64,000 nt of DNA from Heptranchias perlo (Eukaryota): NCBI RefSeq assembly GCF_035084215.1, contig NC_090341.1:15624001-15688000 (forward strand), in the 5' to 3' direction. The notes below the pieces were generated by a model that was not told the DNA's origin, did not search any database, and saw only the letters and a program-made list of their open reading frames with translations. Positions 26,601-41,600 of this stretch are shown in pieces. The translations under genes and the position numbers were made by a program. Every line of letters begins with the position of its first letter. The stretch's first letter is position 1.

Positions 26601-29600
26601 TCCCTTAATGTGCAGCTGCCACCTATACCGAAGGAATACAGTGAACAGCTGGGAGTGCTGATAAGTAGCATGTTGAGCAGAAGGCCTGAGGAACGACCAG
26701 ATGTGAAAGCTGTTCTCAGGAAATCATACATCAAGAGTCATATTGCCTTGTTCTTGGAAGCCACAAAAGCGTATGTATATTTGATAACAAATGTAAAAAT
26801 AAAAATTGGCAAATTAAATCTTTGATCAAATTAATTATTTTTTCTCTACATTGAAGTAATATGAGCCGGCACAGGCACGATGGGCCAAATGGCCTCCTCT
26901 TGTGCTGTACCTACCATGATACTGTGTTTGGGGCAAAGATACCCATGGCAATCTTTATTTTCAAACAGAAGCAAACTGCCTACCAGTCTTAGTAAACTCG
27001 ACGCTAAACATGTTCAACCAATGCGGAGCAGCAGTTAACAAAGCCAATGAACCGTTGAACTACATTGTCAAAACAGTAGAATATCCATCTGGGGAAGTCG
27101 TGATCAAGCTGTACAACGCTCTGTTTAGACTGCACCTTGAATACTGTGTCCAGTTCTAGTTGTCGAAACACAAGGGGGGGCATTCAAGTGCTGGAGGCAG
27201 TCTATGAGACTGAACCCTAGTATCAATGGTCTGAGCTATGAGGAAAGAGTCGAGAAACTTGAGCTATTTAGTCTGTAAAGGTGTGAGGTGATCTCACAGA
27301 AGTATATGATAGCTAAGGGAATGGGAAAGGTAAGTCCTGAATATTACTTTAAATAAATTGCAAAAGTAGGGGAAGTGGCAAAGGTTCAAACTGGTAAAAG
27401 GTAAATTTGACAGAGTGATCAACAAATGGAATAAGGTTTCAGAGAGTAGAGGAGGTGAAACCCCTGGAAGCAGTTAAGAAACAATTGGATGCTGAAATGG
27501 GGTGATTTTAGGTTCTTTCTGGATGGATGAATTCATCCAGGACAAATGGCTATCTTCATCCATAACTATCGTGATGTTGTGATTGTTCATGGTGCATAGT
27601 TGTTGACATTATTTTAAAATACTATTTTTTATATATTATAGGAAAGCTATAAAGACACGAAAGAAAAGCTCTTTAGAATTTAGACCCATTATTTCCTCCA
27701 TGGTGACATTAAGGCGTGAATCAGATCGTGAATCTGGGGTTCCTTTGCAGGATTTGGATCCCGCTAGCAAATATATAAAGGTCAGAATTCTAAGCAAGTA
27801 CTGAGTAGTGCCCTGGTAAAAATTGATGGTATTTTTTCAATTTAATATTTTAATCATTGGCCTAATTATTTTGTGCACCAGTATGTTACCTGCAGAAGCT
27901 TCTGATATTTTACATTCATAAGCATCTGTTGCTTTGTCTGTATTTGCCTATCCTTTCCTTTTTTTATTCATTATTTATTTCTTCTCTGAGGGTATGATAC
28001 AATGTCTTATTTTCTCTCTGGTGCTCTCACTGGCGTCTCCCATGTCATGCACCCTCTGGAGTCCAAGGACAGTGCTGACAGCCAGCTCCCAGGCCATTGG
28101 CGATGCTACTCTGGGCCAGCCAGCAGAGGGCAAGGAAGAACAACTCAATGGGAAAACCTTGTTTTAATTCCTTTAACCCCATCCCCAAACCAGGCACATG
28201 GCGAGAGCTTGTGACAGAGATAGAATAGAACTGAACAGAATGGGGGTTGAGTCTGTGTCCCATCAATCCATGACATCCCATGTTGATGTGCGTATGAGTT
28301 TGCATTATTATAGTACATGACGTGTGCTATGAAAGAAGCATCTCCCAAACCTGTGAGCTCTACCACCTAGAAGGACAAGGGCAGCAGGTGCATTGGAACA
28401 TCATCACCTCCAAGTCATACACCATCCTGACTTGGACATATATCGCCATTCCTTCATTATCACTGGGTCAAAATCCTGGAACTCCCTGCCTAACAGCACT
28501 GTGGGAACACCTTCACCACATGGACTGCAATGGTTCAAGAAGAAGGCCCACCACCACTTCTCAAGGGCAACAAAAAGCTGGCCTTGCCAGTGACACCCGC
28601 GTCCCAAGAATGAAAAAAAAAGAAGTTTAATTAGTGAGCTTTATCTGACATTATGGACTTATTTAAAAGTTTTATAAAGTATCCAGGAATCAAAATTTGA
28701 GGTTATGTAATTTTGAAGAAATATATTTATCTTCATGTTCTAGAAGAAAGAAAAAGCATCCCAGAGAAGCAAGCCAAATGATGTGGCCTGTAGTAATCAG
28801 CCAGAAGAAAACGCTTCAGATGTTTCCCACCAAGCTTTGAACAGCACTAGAGACTCTCTGGCTACAATAAGCAAGGTGGACATTGATATTATGCATAGAG
28901 CTGAAAGAAGGAATTCTAATTCTGGCAGTATGATGTGCGATGAACCTGTACCGGACTTAAAAGGCTGTCTTAATGCAGAATCCAAAATACCTGCTCAGGT
29001 TGACAATACTGGACTACACAATGGTGTAAAACTAGAAGGAAAAGCTGAAAACTCCAATAACCAGATCATAGCTGAACTCTCTGATGGAAAGGATGACACC
29101 TTTAAACTGCTTCAGCCCATCTTTAAGGAAGTGCAGTCACCTGAGGTGCAGGTAGGAAGTTTTTACATTTCAGAAAGCTCACTGCAGTTTACTTTGTTGA
29201 TAAAATTGTGTGCGTGCGTGCATGTGCGCATAACATTATCAACAAGCATTACTCTAGTATTCTGGTTTTATTCTTGTATCTCTACAAATTGCAGTATCTT
29301 TGGGTTAAGTGTAAGGCACCAAAATTTATTAATTATGAGGATTAAAATCCCAGATAAAGCAGCAAATGTTTTCAAAAAACAATGGATCTGAATAAGTGCT
29401 ACAAGTAAAGAGTTTGGATCAATTTTGGCTGCTGAATGGTATGCTAGACACAATGGACAGGTATATTTGACTTTTGATTTTTAAGGGGAATGTAACTTCT
29501 ATTAATAAATAAAAAAGATTACTGTGCTCAGTGGGGAAACAAAATCTTAATATCAGTGCTGTAATGCTTGACTAGGCTCATTTTGAAGTAATCTTTCTGA

Positions 29601-32600
29601 TAAATGCATCAGTCGCAAGTAAATATTCTTACAGCAATCTCGGTATAGTTTCAAATGGATCCTATGGAACAGTCTGCATTCTACGAGATCATTGAGTGAA
29701 GTGAACAGTGTGTAATAGTAATATGGGGACATTTAAGAGGCTGAGGCTGTAATGGACATCAAGGTAAAGTAGGAGAGATTTAATTGGTATTTTTGTTCTG
29801 TACAGGTGAGTTTTGACTCTACAGAAAAACTTCTGCAGCCATTTGTTCCAGTTAGAATAATGGTAAGTATACTGTAATACTTGTTTCTGGTAAAAATTAG
29901 ATTTCAAGCATACAATTTTGCTATCTGCCTGTTAAATTATACATTTGGGTAAAGGATATTACATAGAATGTACAGCACAGAAACAGGCCACTTGGCCCAA
30001 CTGTTCCATGCCAATGTTTATGCTCCACACGAGCTTCCTCCCCCTCTCACCCCTCTTCATTTAACCCTATCGGCATTGAGATTGTAACAGTTTGATTTGT
30101 GTTCTCTTTTTCAACTAATCAAATGTTCCGCAGTAGTTATGAAGCAGGCTTATTTCACCTGTAGACGGGTAACAGCCACCTTGATCTATCTGAACGAATG
30201 GGTGCAGGTTGAGAAGTTTTTGAATCTTAAGTCACACTGTGAAAGACCAGACAGTGGCTGAGGTGCTGGAATCCCATTGTAACATGAGCACTAACAAATG
30301 AAAATTACTCTGATGGCAGACTTACAAAACTTACAAAAATCCACCCAGATTTATTTTAGTCAGGAGTAGAGCTAGTAGAGAAATGGTGAAAATTATTTGC
30401 ATAAACTCCTAAATATCTGCACATTGCCCCTGATTTTCTTTACAACTTCTAAAATCAAGTGTATGTGCATTTTTCTATCACTTAATTGAATTTTACAACC
30501 TGTACATTTCTTTGTCATAACGAGATAGCTATATCTTTGTATTCTCCAGAATGATTTGGCAACCTAGTTAAATATGCTATTTTTAAAGTATTAATAAGAA
30601 TTAAACATATGAAAAAAATATTTTCTATGCATTTTGAATGCTGAAAGTAGAACTCAGGAAACCTACACAGCCATGGAATATATATTTACATGATAACACT
30701 TGTGTGGACATTGACATGTTGGAATTGGCATTCCATGGGAGTGATGTCATCCAGTGGTTTACTCCATCTTCTTAGGCTTGAAATAAACAGTGAAATATTT
30801 GTAAACCTGTTCATCCCAAGCATGCTACACTTACCATATGTCATGTCTCAAATTACTCATATACTGTATCCCAAAATATTATTTTCTGTAAGAAATCTAT
30901 CTAATTTGCAGTTGAGATGTACATGAAGAGAACAAAGCTTGCAGATATTATGATTTTGATGTATGCAAGTGATGTCCAAAATAAGAATATTCAACACAGA
31001 ATGATTCTAATTCTTCCTTTGCAATTGTAAATGTATTATACTGTAGCAGACTAGTCACAGGAACTGAAAACCCATCAGCATTTGAAAAGATAGGTTAGCA
31101 TTTCAGGTGAGGGCACTTCAACAGAAACTGTGGTTTATAGCTCTGAATGTCGGCCTATGCAGGGCTCCATTGCGCAATTTTGTACACTTCTGAGCATAAG
31201 TGATTTGATTGTAACAGTTTGTAATAACAGCTATATTTGTAATTGTATTGCAGTACTGAACTATACTACTCAGCATTACATCTAGTGCATAATTTTGTTT
31301 TCAATTTAGGAAGACCCTTCAGAGAATGTCACTAAACAACCTGAAGAAAAAGATCCTATGCCTTACCCGCCACATTGTTCTACGTCCGAGCCCTCAATCT
31401 CACGGCAATGCAGACAGAAGAACGGTGACTTCCCGAGGAAGACTCAGAAGGTAAGTAGATCAATACAAATAAATTTGTCAATAACATCTAGTTTGTTTAC
31501 CTCAAAACAGATATCTGTGCTGGGTCTTGTCCATTATATTGCAGTTTTTATTTTTTTAAAGCGCACAAAAATAGGTGTTACATATTGTATGGAAAATCAG
31601 GTATTCTCTAACTGGAAACAAGGTTACAAAAAGTATTGACAAATAGCCAACATTATACAGTATTGTTTTCTTATGCCTAAAATCAGTATATTATTTTGAA
31701 TAGGCTTAGAAGCCTATTATAAGCTTTTACACAATTTTAAACAAGGTTTTTACTTTTTCAGGTAAAAGCATCAGCTCCTAGACAATTGCCTTCTCCACCA
31801 CATAATGTCTGTAAAGTTCACATACAGAAGCTGCACAGTAATCCCGATAAAGTTGTCAGTGGAATCTCCATATCAATGGCTAACTCCAAGGATAGTGAGA
31901 TTGGAGCCTCACAGGTTTGTATGTTGATTATCCTGCTCCTGTATCACACTAGAAGGTTTTTCAGCATCTCCCTCAATTTCCTGCTACTAGCATGCAGCAA
32001 CTACCAGATCTCACTCAATCTGAGGCCTGTTCATGGATCCATGCCATCAAAATTAACTTTTAGAGCAGGATTGCAGAAAGTCAGGAGTTTAGGGAAATTC
32101 TTGAGTAGTATGGTGTGCACTTAAGCTTCCATTGTTTTCAATGGGAAAAGAAACTAAGTAACTGACACAAGTCTTCTCTAGTGAAGCTTAATCCTTACAA
32201 AGTGATTCTGGTAATTTATTGCATACTGTATGTTAATTTTATGTAACAAATAGCGTACATAATAATGTTTTTGGATTTTTACTCTAAATATTTTTCTTGG
32301 GTTCAGCATCTTAGACCACACCTATAGGCGAACCTTTGCTCACTATGATTTGGAGCATGCCTCTATATGTCTGATATCTAGGTAATTTGTAACGAGCCCA
32401 GACTTCGAACACAAAACCCTTGTTACTGTACTTTTGCATAATACTTATATTACATGCTGTCACATGAACTTTCTTGACTTCAGAAAGCAACATAATAAAT
32501 GCTTCACTAGACCATGGCTTAGACTTTAAATTGCCAAACAGATTCATTAAACAGTAAATGGATAAACATACAGAAGCTATGTCATTGTGGATTTACAGTC

Positions 32601-35600
32601 GTTACAGGCTTAACTATCTCTCCCCAGAAGATAGGAAATAACAAGCAGTAGCATCCACTCCGGTAAATTGCAATGTAAATTGGACTGGGCATAAGGTCCC
32701 TAAATAGTAACCTTTATGTGGCGGTTTATTGCTGATGGTCTGGTCCTTCTGTCTCTGTTAGCTTCAGACAGGCTAACAGACCTGAAGGAAAAAAAATTAA
32801 CCAGTACAAAGCAAGTTTAAATATATGTCTGTTAAACTAAAAAAAGAGCTGCCAATCAAATACATATCCAAACAAAACCGTAAGATGCTTGTATTTGAAT
32901 TGAATAGCTTGCCCGTCCCTTAGATGTCTGATGCAGTACAGTATCTCCGTTCTGGGTTTTGTGTATCAGAGCAAGTTGGGCCATTTTCTGTGAGTGAACC
33001 AGGCTTTTCACCCCTTATGACAGAAAGAAAAGAACCATCATGGGCAAAAATGCTTAATTTCTGTCACAATAATGATAGAAATAATAGGATGGATTACTAA
33101 AAAAAAACGTTACCAGGAGCAGAATAGTACCTTGGCTTGGCACTGTGTGTATGCATACATTCACCTACTTGCAAGGGCTGTCAGGTCATTAACATGTAAT
33201 TCAAATCTGCCTTTCTCCTTCAGCAGTAGCCAAAATCAAAAACAAATATTCCACTTAGGCTCAAATTGGGGTTGTTTACATTTAACTGAGTCCCACCACT
33301 TCATATTTGCAACTCTGGAAAAGAGGAAGGGGAAAATGGAAATTTTAATCTTCAAGACAGTGGCAGAAATAAATCCACATGTTGATAAAATAAATCATTT
33401 TTAATGGACCATGTCCGCCCCATTTCCCACACTTCTGCCCTCACCCCTCCCCCACCCTCCCAGAACCACAATATGGTCCCCCTTGACTTCACATTCCACC
33501 CCACCAGCCTTCACATTCAAGGGATCATCCTTTGCCATATCCGCCAATTCTAGCGCGATGCCGTTACCAAACACATCTTCCCCTCCCCTCCCCTTTCAGC
33601 ATTCCAAAGGGACTGTTCCCTCCGTGACACCCTGGTCCATTCTTCCATCACTTCCAACACTCACTGCCCTTCCCATGGCAACCTCCCTTACGAGCGCAGG
33701 AGATGCTACACCAGCCCTTTCACCTCCTCTCTTCCCACCGTCCAGGGCCCCAAACACTCCTTCCAGGTGAAACAGCGATTTACTTGTACCTCTTTCAATT
33801 TAATATACCGTATTCTCTGCTCATGATGCGGACTCCTCCACGTTGGGGGGACCAATTCAGATTGGGTGATCGCTTTGCTGAACACCTCTGTTCAGTCCTC
33901 AAGTGTGATCCTGAGTTTTCGGTTGTTTGCCATTTTAATTCTCCGTCCCACTCCCACTCTGACCTCTTGTCCTTGGCCTCCTAAACTGTCCCACTGAAGC
34001 TCAATGGAACAGCACCTCAACTTTCGATTAGGCACTTCACAACCTTCCGGACTGGAAATTAATTTCCATAACTTCAGATCATAACCACTGTTCCCATTTT
34101 TTCTGACAGCAGGTGCTGGTAATGGTTCTGCTGTTGCCATTTACAGCTCCTCTAGACCCATCTTTTGTTTCTTTACTTGTCCCATTACCACCTTCCTTGC
34201 CTTGCACCATCATCCCTTTTGTCATTTAATGAGTCCTGCCCTCCACCCTATCACAGACCTTCCCTTTTGTTCTCCCCCCTCCCCCCACACTTTCCCTGGT
34301 TCTATACTTGCCTAAAACTGTTAAATCTCAAACTTCTTCCAGTCCTGATGAAAAGTCATCAACCTGAAATGTTAACTCTGTTTCTCTCTCCACAGATGCT
34401 GCCTGACCTGCTGATTATTTCCAGCATTTTCTGTTTTCACATCATTTTTAATATTTGAATGCTTAGAGGATTTTTTTGATAATACCCATATAAGTGAATA
34501 GAAGAAGCAATGACTTGTTGTAGATTTAAAGTAATTATTTAGATCTTCAGCCAGAAGTGCTGAGTGGATGAACCATCTCGGCCTCCTCCCGATATCTCCA
34601 CCATCACAGAAGCCAGTCTTCAGCCAATTTGATTCACTCCACGTGATATCAAGAAATGGCTGAGTGCACTGGATACAGCAAAGGCTATGGGCCACGACAA
34701 CATTCCGGCTGTAGTGCTGAAGACTTGTGCTCCAGAACTAGCCGCGCCTGTAGCCAAACTTTTCCATTACTGCTACAGCACTGGCATCTACCCGACAATG
34801 TGGAAAATTGCCCAGGTATGTCCTGTCCACAAAAAGCTGGACAAATCCAATCCGGCCAATTACCGCCCCATCAGTCTACTGTCAATCATCAGCAAAGTGA
34901 TGGAAGGTGTCGTCGACAGTGCTATCAAGCAGCATTTACTCACCAATAAGCTGCTCACCGATGCTCAGTTTGGTTTCCGCCAGGACCACTCTGCTCCAGA
35001 CCTCATTACAGCCTTGGTCCAAACATGGACAAAAGAGCTGAATTCCAGAGGTGAGGTGAGAGTGACTGCCCTTGACATCAAGGCAGCATTTCACCAAGTG
35101 TGGCACCAAGGAGCCCTAGTAAAATTGAAGTCAATGGGAATTAGGGGGAAAACGCTCCAGTGGCTGGAGTCAGACCTGGCACAAAGGAAGATGTTAGTGG
35201 TTGTTGGAGGCCAATCATCTCAGCCCCAGGACATTGCTGCAGGAGTTCCTCAGGGCATTGTCCGAGGCCCAACCATTTTCAGCTGCTTCATCAATGACCT
35301 TCCCTCCATCATAAGGTCAGAAATGGGGATGTTCGCTGATGATTGCACAGTATTCAGTTCCATTCGCAACCCCTCAGATAATGAAGCTGTCCGTGCCCTC
35401 ATGCAGAAAGACCTGGACAACATCCAGGCTTGGGCTGATAAGTGGCAAGTAACGTTCGCGCCAGACAAGTGCCAGGCAATGACCATCTCCAACAAGAGAG
35501 AGTCTAACCACCTCCCCTTGACATTCAACGGCATTACCATCGCCGAATCCCCCACCATCAACATCCTGGGGGTCACCATTGACCAGAAACTTAACTGGAC

Positions 35601-38600
35601 CAGCCATATAAAATACTGTGGCTACAAGAGCAGGTCAGAGGCTGGGTATTCTGTGGGGAGTGACTCACCTCCTGACTCCCCAAAGCCTTTCCACCATCTA
35701 CAAGGCACAAGTCAGTAGTGTGATGGAATACTCTCCACTTGCCTGCATGAGTGCAGCTCCAACAACACTCAAGAAGCTCGACACCATCCAGGACAAAGCA
35801 GCCCGCTTGATTGGCACCCCATCCACCTCCCTAAACATTCACTCCCTTCACCACCGGCGCATAGTGGCTGCAGTGTGTACCATCCACAAGATGCACTGCA
35901 GCAACTCGCCAAGGCTTCTTCGACAGCACCTCCCAAAGCCACAACCTCTATCTCCTAGAAGGACAAGGGCAGCAGGCACATGGGAACAACACACCTGCAC
36001 ATTCCCCTCCAAGTCACACATCATCCCGACTTGGAACTATATCGCTGTTCCTTCATCGTCGCTGGGTCAAAATCCTGGAACTCCCTACCTAACAGCAATG
36101 TGGGAGAACCTTCACCACATCAACTGCAGCGGTTCAAGAAGGCGGCTCACCACCACCTTCTCAAGGGCAATTAGGGATGGGCAATAATTGCTGGCCTTGC
36201 CAGCAACGCCCACATCCCATGAACGAATAAAAAAAAATTACATTTTGAGAATTCCATTTTAAAATCTTGTTTGTTGTACCTTAGGACCGTCCATTATCTG
36301 CCAGAGAACGAAGGAGACTAAAACAATCTCAAGAGGAGTTTCCTTATTCAGGTATTCGCTGGAGTTTCTTTTCTCTTAGCATTTTCTTCTTTTCCCCTCT
36401 TGAGATGTTGACCCCCTGCCGAGGTACAGTTCTACAGGTGTCGGAAGCCTTCTGGTATTTGCTCACATGGCCACTACTCATTTGTAAGACTTGAGAAGGA
36501 TTGTTAGCAGGCTATTTGATGGGGGCTGTTGCAGCCAAGCCCAATCATGATTTTAGTTGAGGTCATACACACACTTCGAGCAGGACTTGCTGCACAGTGC
36601 TGGAGAATCGGAATCCTTGCTGATTTTGCTCTCCATGGCCAAGGAGTGCAGAGGCCAACTGCAGTGCCCCTGCCACTACCATGGGCTGAAATCATAAAGA
36701 CATGCACAGACTGGGGATTGAATCCCAGATGTTCCCAGTCTGCATAGCTGAGCTGCTCATAGCAAACATTTCCTGAGCCATCAAGGCGAGCTATTCACTG
36801 GAGTTTAATCCCAAGTACCTGAAGTTTAAGTTAGAAAGCATACAGGAAGGTTCTTTCAGTGTAAAGCATTCCTTCCTCCCTCCACTCTAGCAATGTAATA
36901 TGAAAAACTGGGGTAAAAATCTCCCACCTGGATTGATATCATTATTGGACTTCCCCTCCTCCTCCCCCCACCACCCACAGAGATCCCACATCTCAAGTCT
37001 TACCTTGCACCGGGAAGCTGCTTTGGCAAAGTCACCTCATTGGTGCATTGCAAATCTGAATAATCAGCTTCTGGCACAGGTTTGGATGTCAATCAGGAGT
37101 TATCTAAGTCAGGAAATGACAACAGCTGTGTAATATTTTGCTCAGTCCGTACAGCTTACCCATGGTAATCGTTTCTCAATCCAGTCTGGTTTGTAGTTCC
37201 AAGAATTTTTAAGAGGTAGAGTTATCTTCCTACCCCCCCCCCCTCCTTTCTAAACTACATACAGAGTAACATTGTATTAATTCTGATTTATAAAGTTACA
37301 CTGATACTAATTGTGTGAGTTTCCTCGCCAGTTTCCACTTCAAGAAGGAGCTCACATTGTGTAGCTTTAGAAGCAAACTCATACGAAGAGAATCAAAATG
37401 TCAAAGTCAGCCGATCCTTATCAGATATTGCTATCCATCATGGAAAGGTAATGCTATGCTTCTTAAAATTTATTGTAGCGTGTTCTGTGCCACTTAGATT
37501 ACTATTAGTCGCACAAACCAAAACCTCATGCACACTAGTGCATAAGGAATTTGTCTTCCCTTAAGTATAAATGTATTTGAGCTCCCATTGCTTTCAGTGG
37601 GAAAAGAAACTTAACAGACTCAAGTCTTCTCTACTGCTGCTTAAACCTTAAAATAAAATTATTCTGATTATTTTATAATTGTTCATAAAACTAATGGTAC
37701 AATTAATTTTTTTTTAAATAACAGGAAGTGTTAAAAACATTACTGCAGTAGGCAGTGTTTTGGGATTTCATTCAAATCATTGAAGGTCTATGCACGACAA
37801 TCTACTTTTAATTCAAAGTTACTTCATTACAATTATCCATTAATTCAGTTTAATTTTAGCACTAAAAAGGTAAGTGCTGTTTTAATTAAGTTGCTTAATT
37901 TGAACTTCTGGATAATTATTTTTGTGCAAAAAATACATAAAGGAAAAAAATATATATAGTTATTTTAAAGGCCACTCATTTACAGTTTTTACAGAAAATG
38001 AGCAGTTTGGAATTCAATCCCCCAAACACTGATCAAAAATACTAGAATACTGTGTAATAAAAACAGAATTTCAGTTCTTCAGTTCTTGTAAATCAGTAGC
38101 TCTGATGACACATTTTGTGTTACATGGTGTAACTGAATAACCTCCAACTCACTTTGAGCACCACCACGGGAAATCTAATATATATGAAGGTCTTCCATCT
38201 TCTGTGCGTTTATCACTTTCATGTTACACTTGCCAAGTTTGGTTGTGCCAAATAACATTCATAAATCAAGAAACCATAACTGAATAGTTATGGAACTACC
38301 AGTGAACAGGCTGGGAGTGAAAACTACTAATAAAGAAGTACCAAGAGCTATAATATCAACCAATCAAAAATGAACAGTCAGCAAGAAGCTGCAATAAATT
38401 AACTAGCAAAAAAGAGAAGGGGGAAACCAATGAAACAATTAAGAATATTTTCAGGAAGCCTGTTACGGCATTGAGTAAAGAAGCTCAATCAAAAAGTAGA
38501 GTCTCTCAATGCTTCAGTATCAATGTGTCTGTCACTGCTATAGACTGCAATCCCAGAGTGCGCTTAAGGCTGCCTCATTCTCTCAGTTTAATATCGTAAT

Positions 38601-41600
38601 GTGGGCTTACAGACAGGAAGTCATGGCTAGCTCTATGAATGAGCAGTATTCCAGTTAATCATAACAAAACAATTCTGGTGCTTTAAAGACAAATCCCAAA
38701 TTCAGAACTCTGATTGGACAAACCAAACATGTTCTCCCATGTAGCCTTCTGATTAGAAAACAGATGGAAGGAAAACAAATTCTCAGAACAGCTGCCACCA
38801 TAGTTTGACCTGTTCCTAGCCCTGTTCTGTCGCGACACTACAGACTTCCTACAAAAACTCAGTACCCACGGACCAGTTGAACCAGGAACACTTCTCACCA
38901 CGATGGACGTCTCGGCACTTTACACCAGTATCCCCCACGATGACGGCATCGCTGCGACAGCATCAATACTCAACACCAACAACAGCCAATCTCCGGAAGC
39001 CATCCTACAACTCATCCGCTTCATCCTGGATCACAATGTCTTCACCTTTGATAACCAGTTCTTTACCCAAACACACGGAACAGCCATGGGGACCAAATTC
39101 GCACCCCAATACGCCAACATTTTCATGCACAAGTTCGAGCAGGACTTCTTCACTGCACAAGACCTCCAACCAACACTATACACCAGATACATCGACGACA
39201 TTTTCTTTCTATGGACCCACGGCAAGGAATCACTAAAGAGACTACACGATAACATCAACAAGTTCCATCCCACCATCAAGCTCACCATGGACTACTCCTC
39301 AGAATCAGTTTCTTTCTTGGACACACGAATCTCCATCAAAGACGGGCACCTCAGCACCTCACTCTACCGCAAGCCCACGGACAACCTCACGATGCTCCAC
39401 TTTTCCAGCTTCCACCCTAACCACGTCAAAGAGGCCATCCCCTATGGACAGGCCCTGCGAATACACAGGGTCTGCTCAGACGAGGAGGAACGCGATGGAC
39501 ACCTACAGACGCTGAAAGACGCCCTAGTAAGAACGGGATATGACGCTCGACTCATCGATCGACAGTTCCGACGGGCCACAGCAAAAAATCGCATAGACCT
39601 CCTCAGGAGACCAACACGGGACGCAACCAACAGAGTACCCTTTGTCGTCCAGTACTTCCCCGGAGCGGAGAAACTACGCCATGTTCTCCGCAGCCTTCAA
39701 CATGTCATCAATGAGGACAAACACCTCGCTATGGCCATCCCCACACCTCCACTACTCGCCTTTAAACAGCCACCCAACCTCAAACAGACCATCGTTCGCA
39801 GCAAATTACCTAGCTTTCAAGAGAACAGCGTCCACGACACCACACAACCTTGCCACGGTAACTTCTGCAAGACATGCCAGATCATCGACACAGATACCAC
39901 CATCACACGAGAGGACACCACCCACCAGGTGCATGGTTCATACTCCTGTGACTCGGCCAACGTTGTCTACCTCATACGTTGCAGGAAAGGATGCCCCAGA
40001 GCATGGTACATTGGCGAGACCATGCAGACGCTGCGACAACGGATGAACGGACACCGCGCAACAATCGCCAAACAGGAGGGTTCCCTCCCAGTCGGGGAAC
40101 ACTTCAGCAGTCATGGACATTCATCCACCGACCTTCGGGTAAGCGTACTCCAAGGCGGCCTTCGAGACACACGACAACGCAAAATCGTCGAGCAGAAATT
40201 GATAGCCAAGTTCCGCACCCATGAGGACGGCCTCAACCGGGATCTTGGGTTCATGTCACGCTACACGTTACCCCACCAGCGAACAAATGTTATCTGTTTT
40301 TAATATAATGGGTCATTTGCTGGCTTTCTCTGCCTTCCGGATGTCTCTGCCTCTCTCTGTTTTTTTTTTCCTGTTTGTTTTTTTGTTGAATGTGTATTCG
40401 GGGGTTCTGCAGGTGACACCTCTCTGTCTGAACACGGTGATTGCCTTGGCAACGGGCAGTTGCAGGGGCAGTCTGTAAACACCATGTATTGTTCTATATG
40501 TATAAATGCGTAGGCTTCAAGGAGCTCCTGAACATTTACCTGACGAAGGAGGAAGCCTCCGAAAGCTTGTGAATTTAAAATAAAATTGCTGGACTATAAC
40601 TTGGTGTTGTAAAATTGTTTACAATTAGCTCTATAAGGTAGGCCCCTAATTCTTTCAAGGTCCAATAGTTTTGATTTTAAAATTCTGTACCCTGCATATC
40701 TCCGCTGTGCTCTACTTCCCCTGCTGTACTCTACTTTCCTCTCTCTCCCTGCTCTTCCAATGTGCTCTATTCCTTGCCTGCCTCCACTACCCATTGTGCT
40801 GTAACTTCCCAGCTGTCAACCGTGCATCATTCTCTGGCTCAGAATGAGACCATGCTAAATATCACTTGCTGCCAGATCTCAGATTAGCCATAAGGAATGC
40901 CTCAATCAGCTAGTATAAAATTTAAAAGACTACAACTAAATATTGCTTTGCTATAATATTTCACCTTATGATAATTTACTTAATGACACATTAACACATC
41001 AGGCACTGTGGTGCACAAGATAAGGTGAGAGCTGAGTTGATATTTGCTTTTCCTTGTATTTAAAAGGCATGGTACGATGTACTTTAATATTTCCTTTAAG
41101 TCACAAGCAGAAATGTGGATGATTGTAACAAAGTATTATTTGGTGCTTTTTCATTTTATATAAATCATTTTAAGGATGTATTGAAGAAGAACTCTATATA
41201 ACTGCACGGAAATTATAATCGAAAGAACAAAATTCACTCTGGAGTATACAGTACTTTCTACATAGCAATCACCATACAAACTCAAGTTTTTAAAAATGAC
41301 ATCTGTTCTCAAAACAACTGATTGACTGACTGGAGGAAGAATGTACTATGAGCTATATTTTGTTTCATTTTGAATTATTGTATTATTTCATCCAAATTTT
41401 GCCAGGATGTAAATGAGTCATCCCATCGCCTTTCAGATGATGATGAGTATAGCTCTTCAACCAGCTCAACTGACAAATCAGAGGGGGACTGCAAAGAAGT
41501 GTGAGTACTTAAAGCTTTTGTCTTTTTTGTTTTATGTTGGTATTTCTAGTTAGTGAATCAGTTAACAAGGAAACTATTTCTGCCTCAAAGATGGACCTGG

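Noticed and set aside
36400-36790. Second, older SINE-like family (similar pieces near 24.4, 45.4, 53.0, 60.6 and 61.9 kb)
   Set aside because: Similarity is visible but too degraded to delimit or name reliably.
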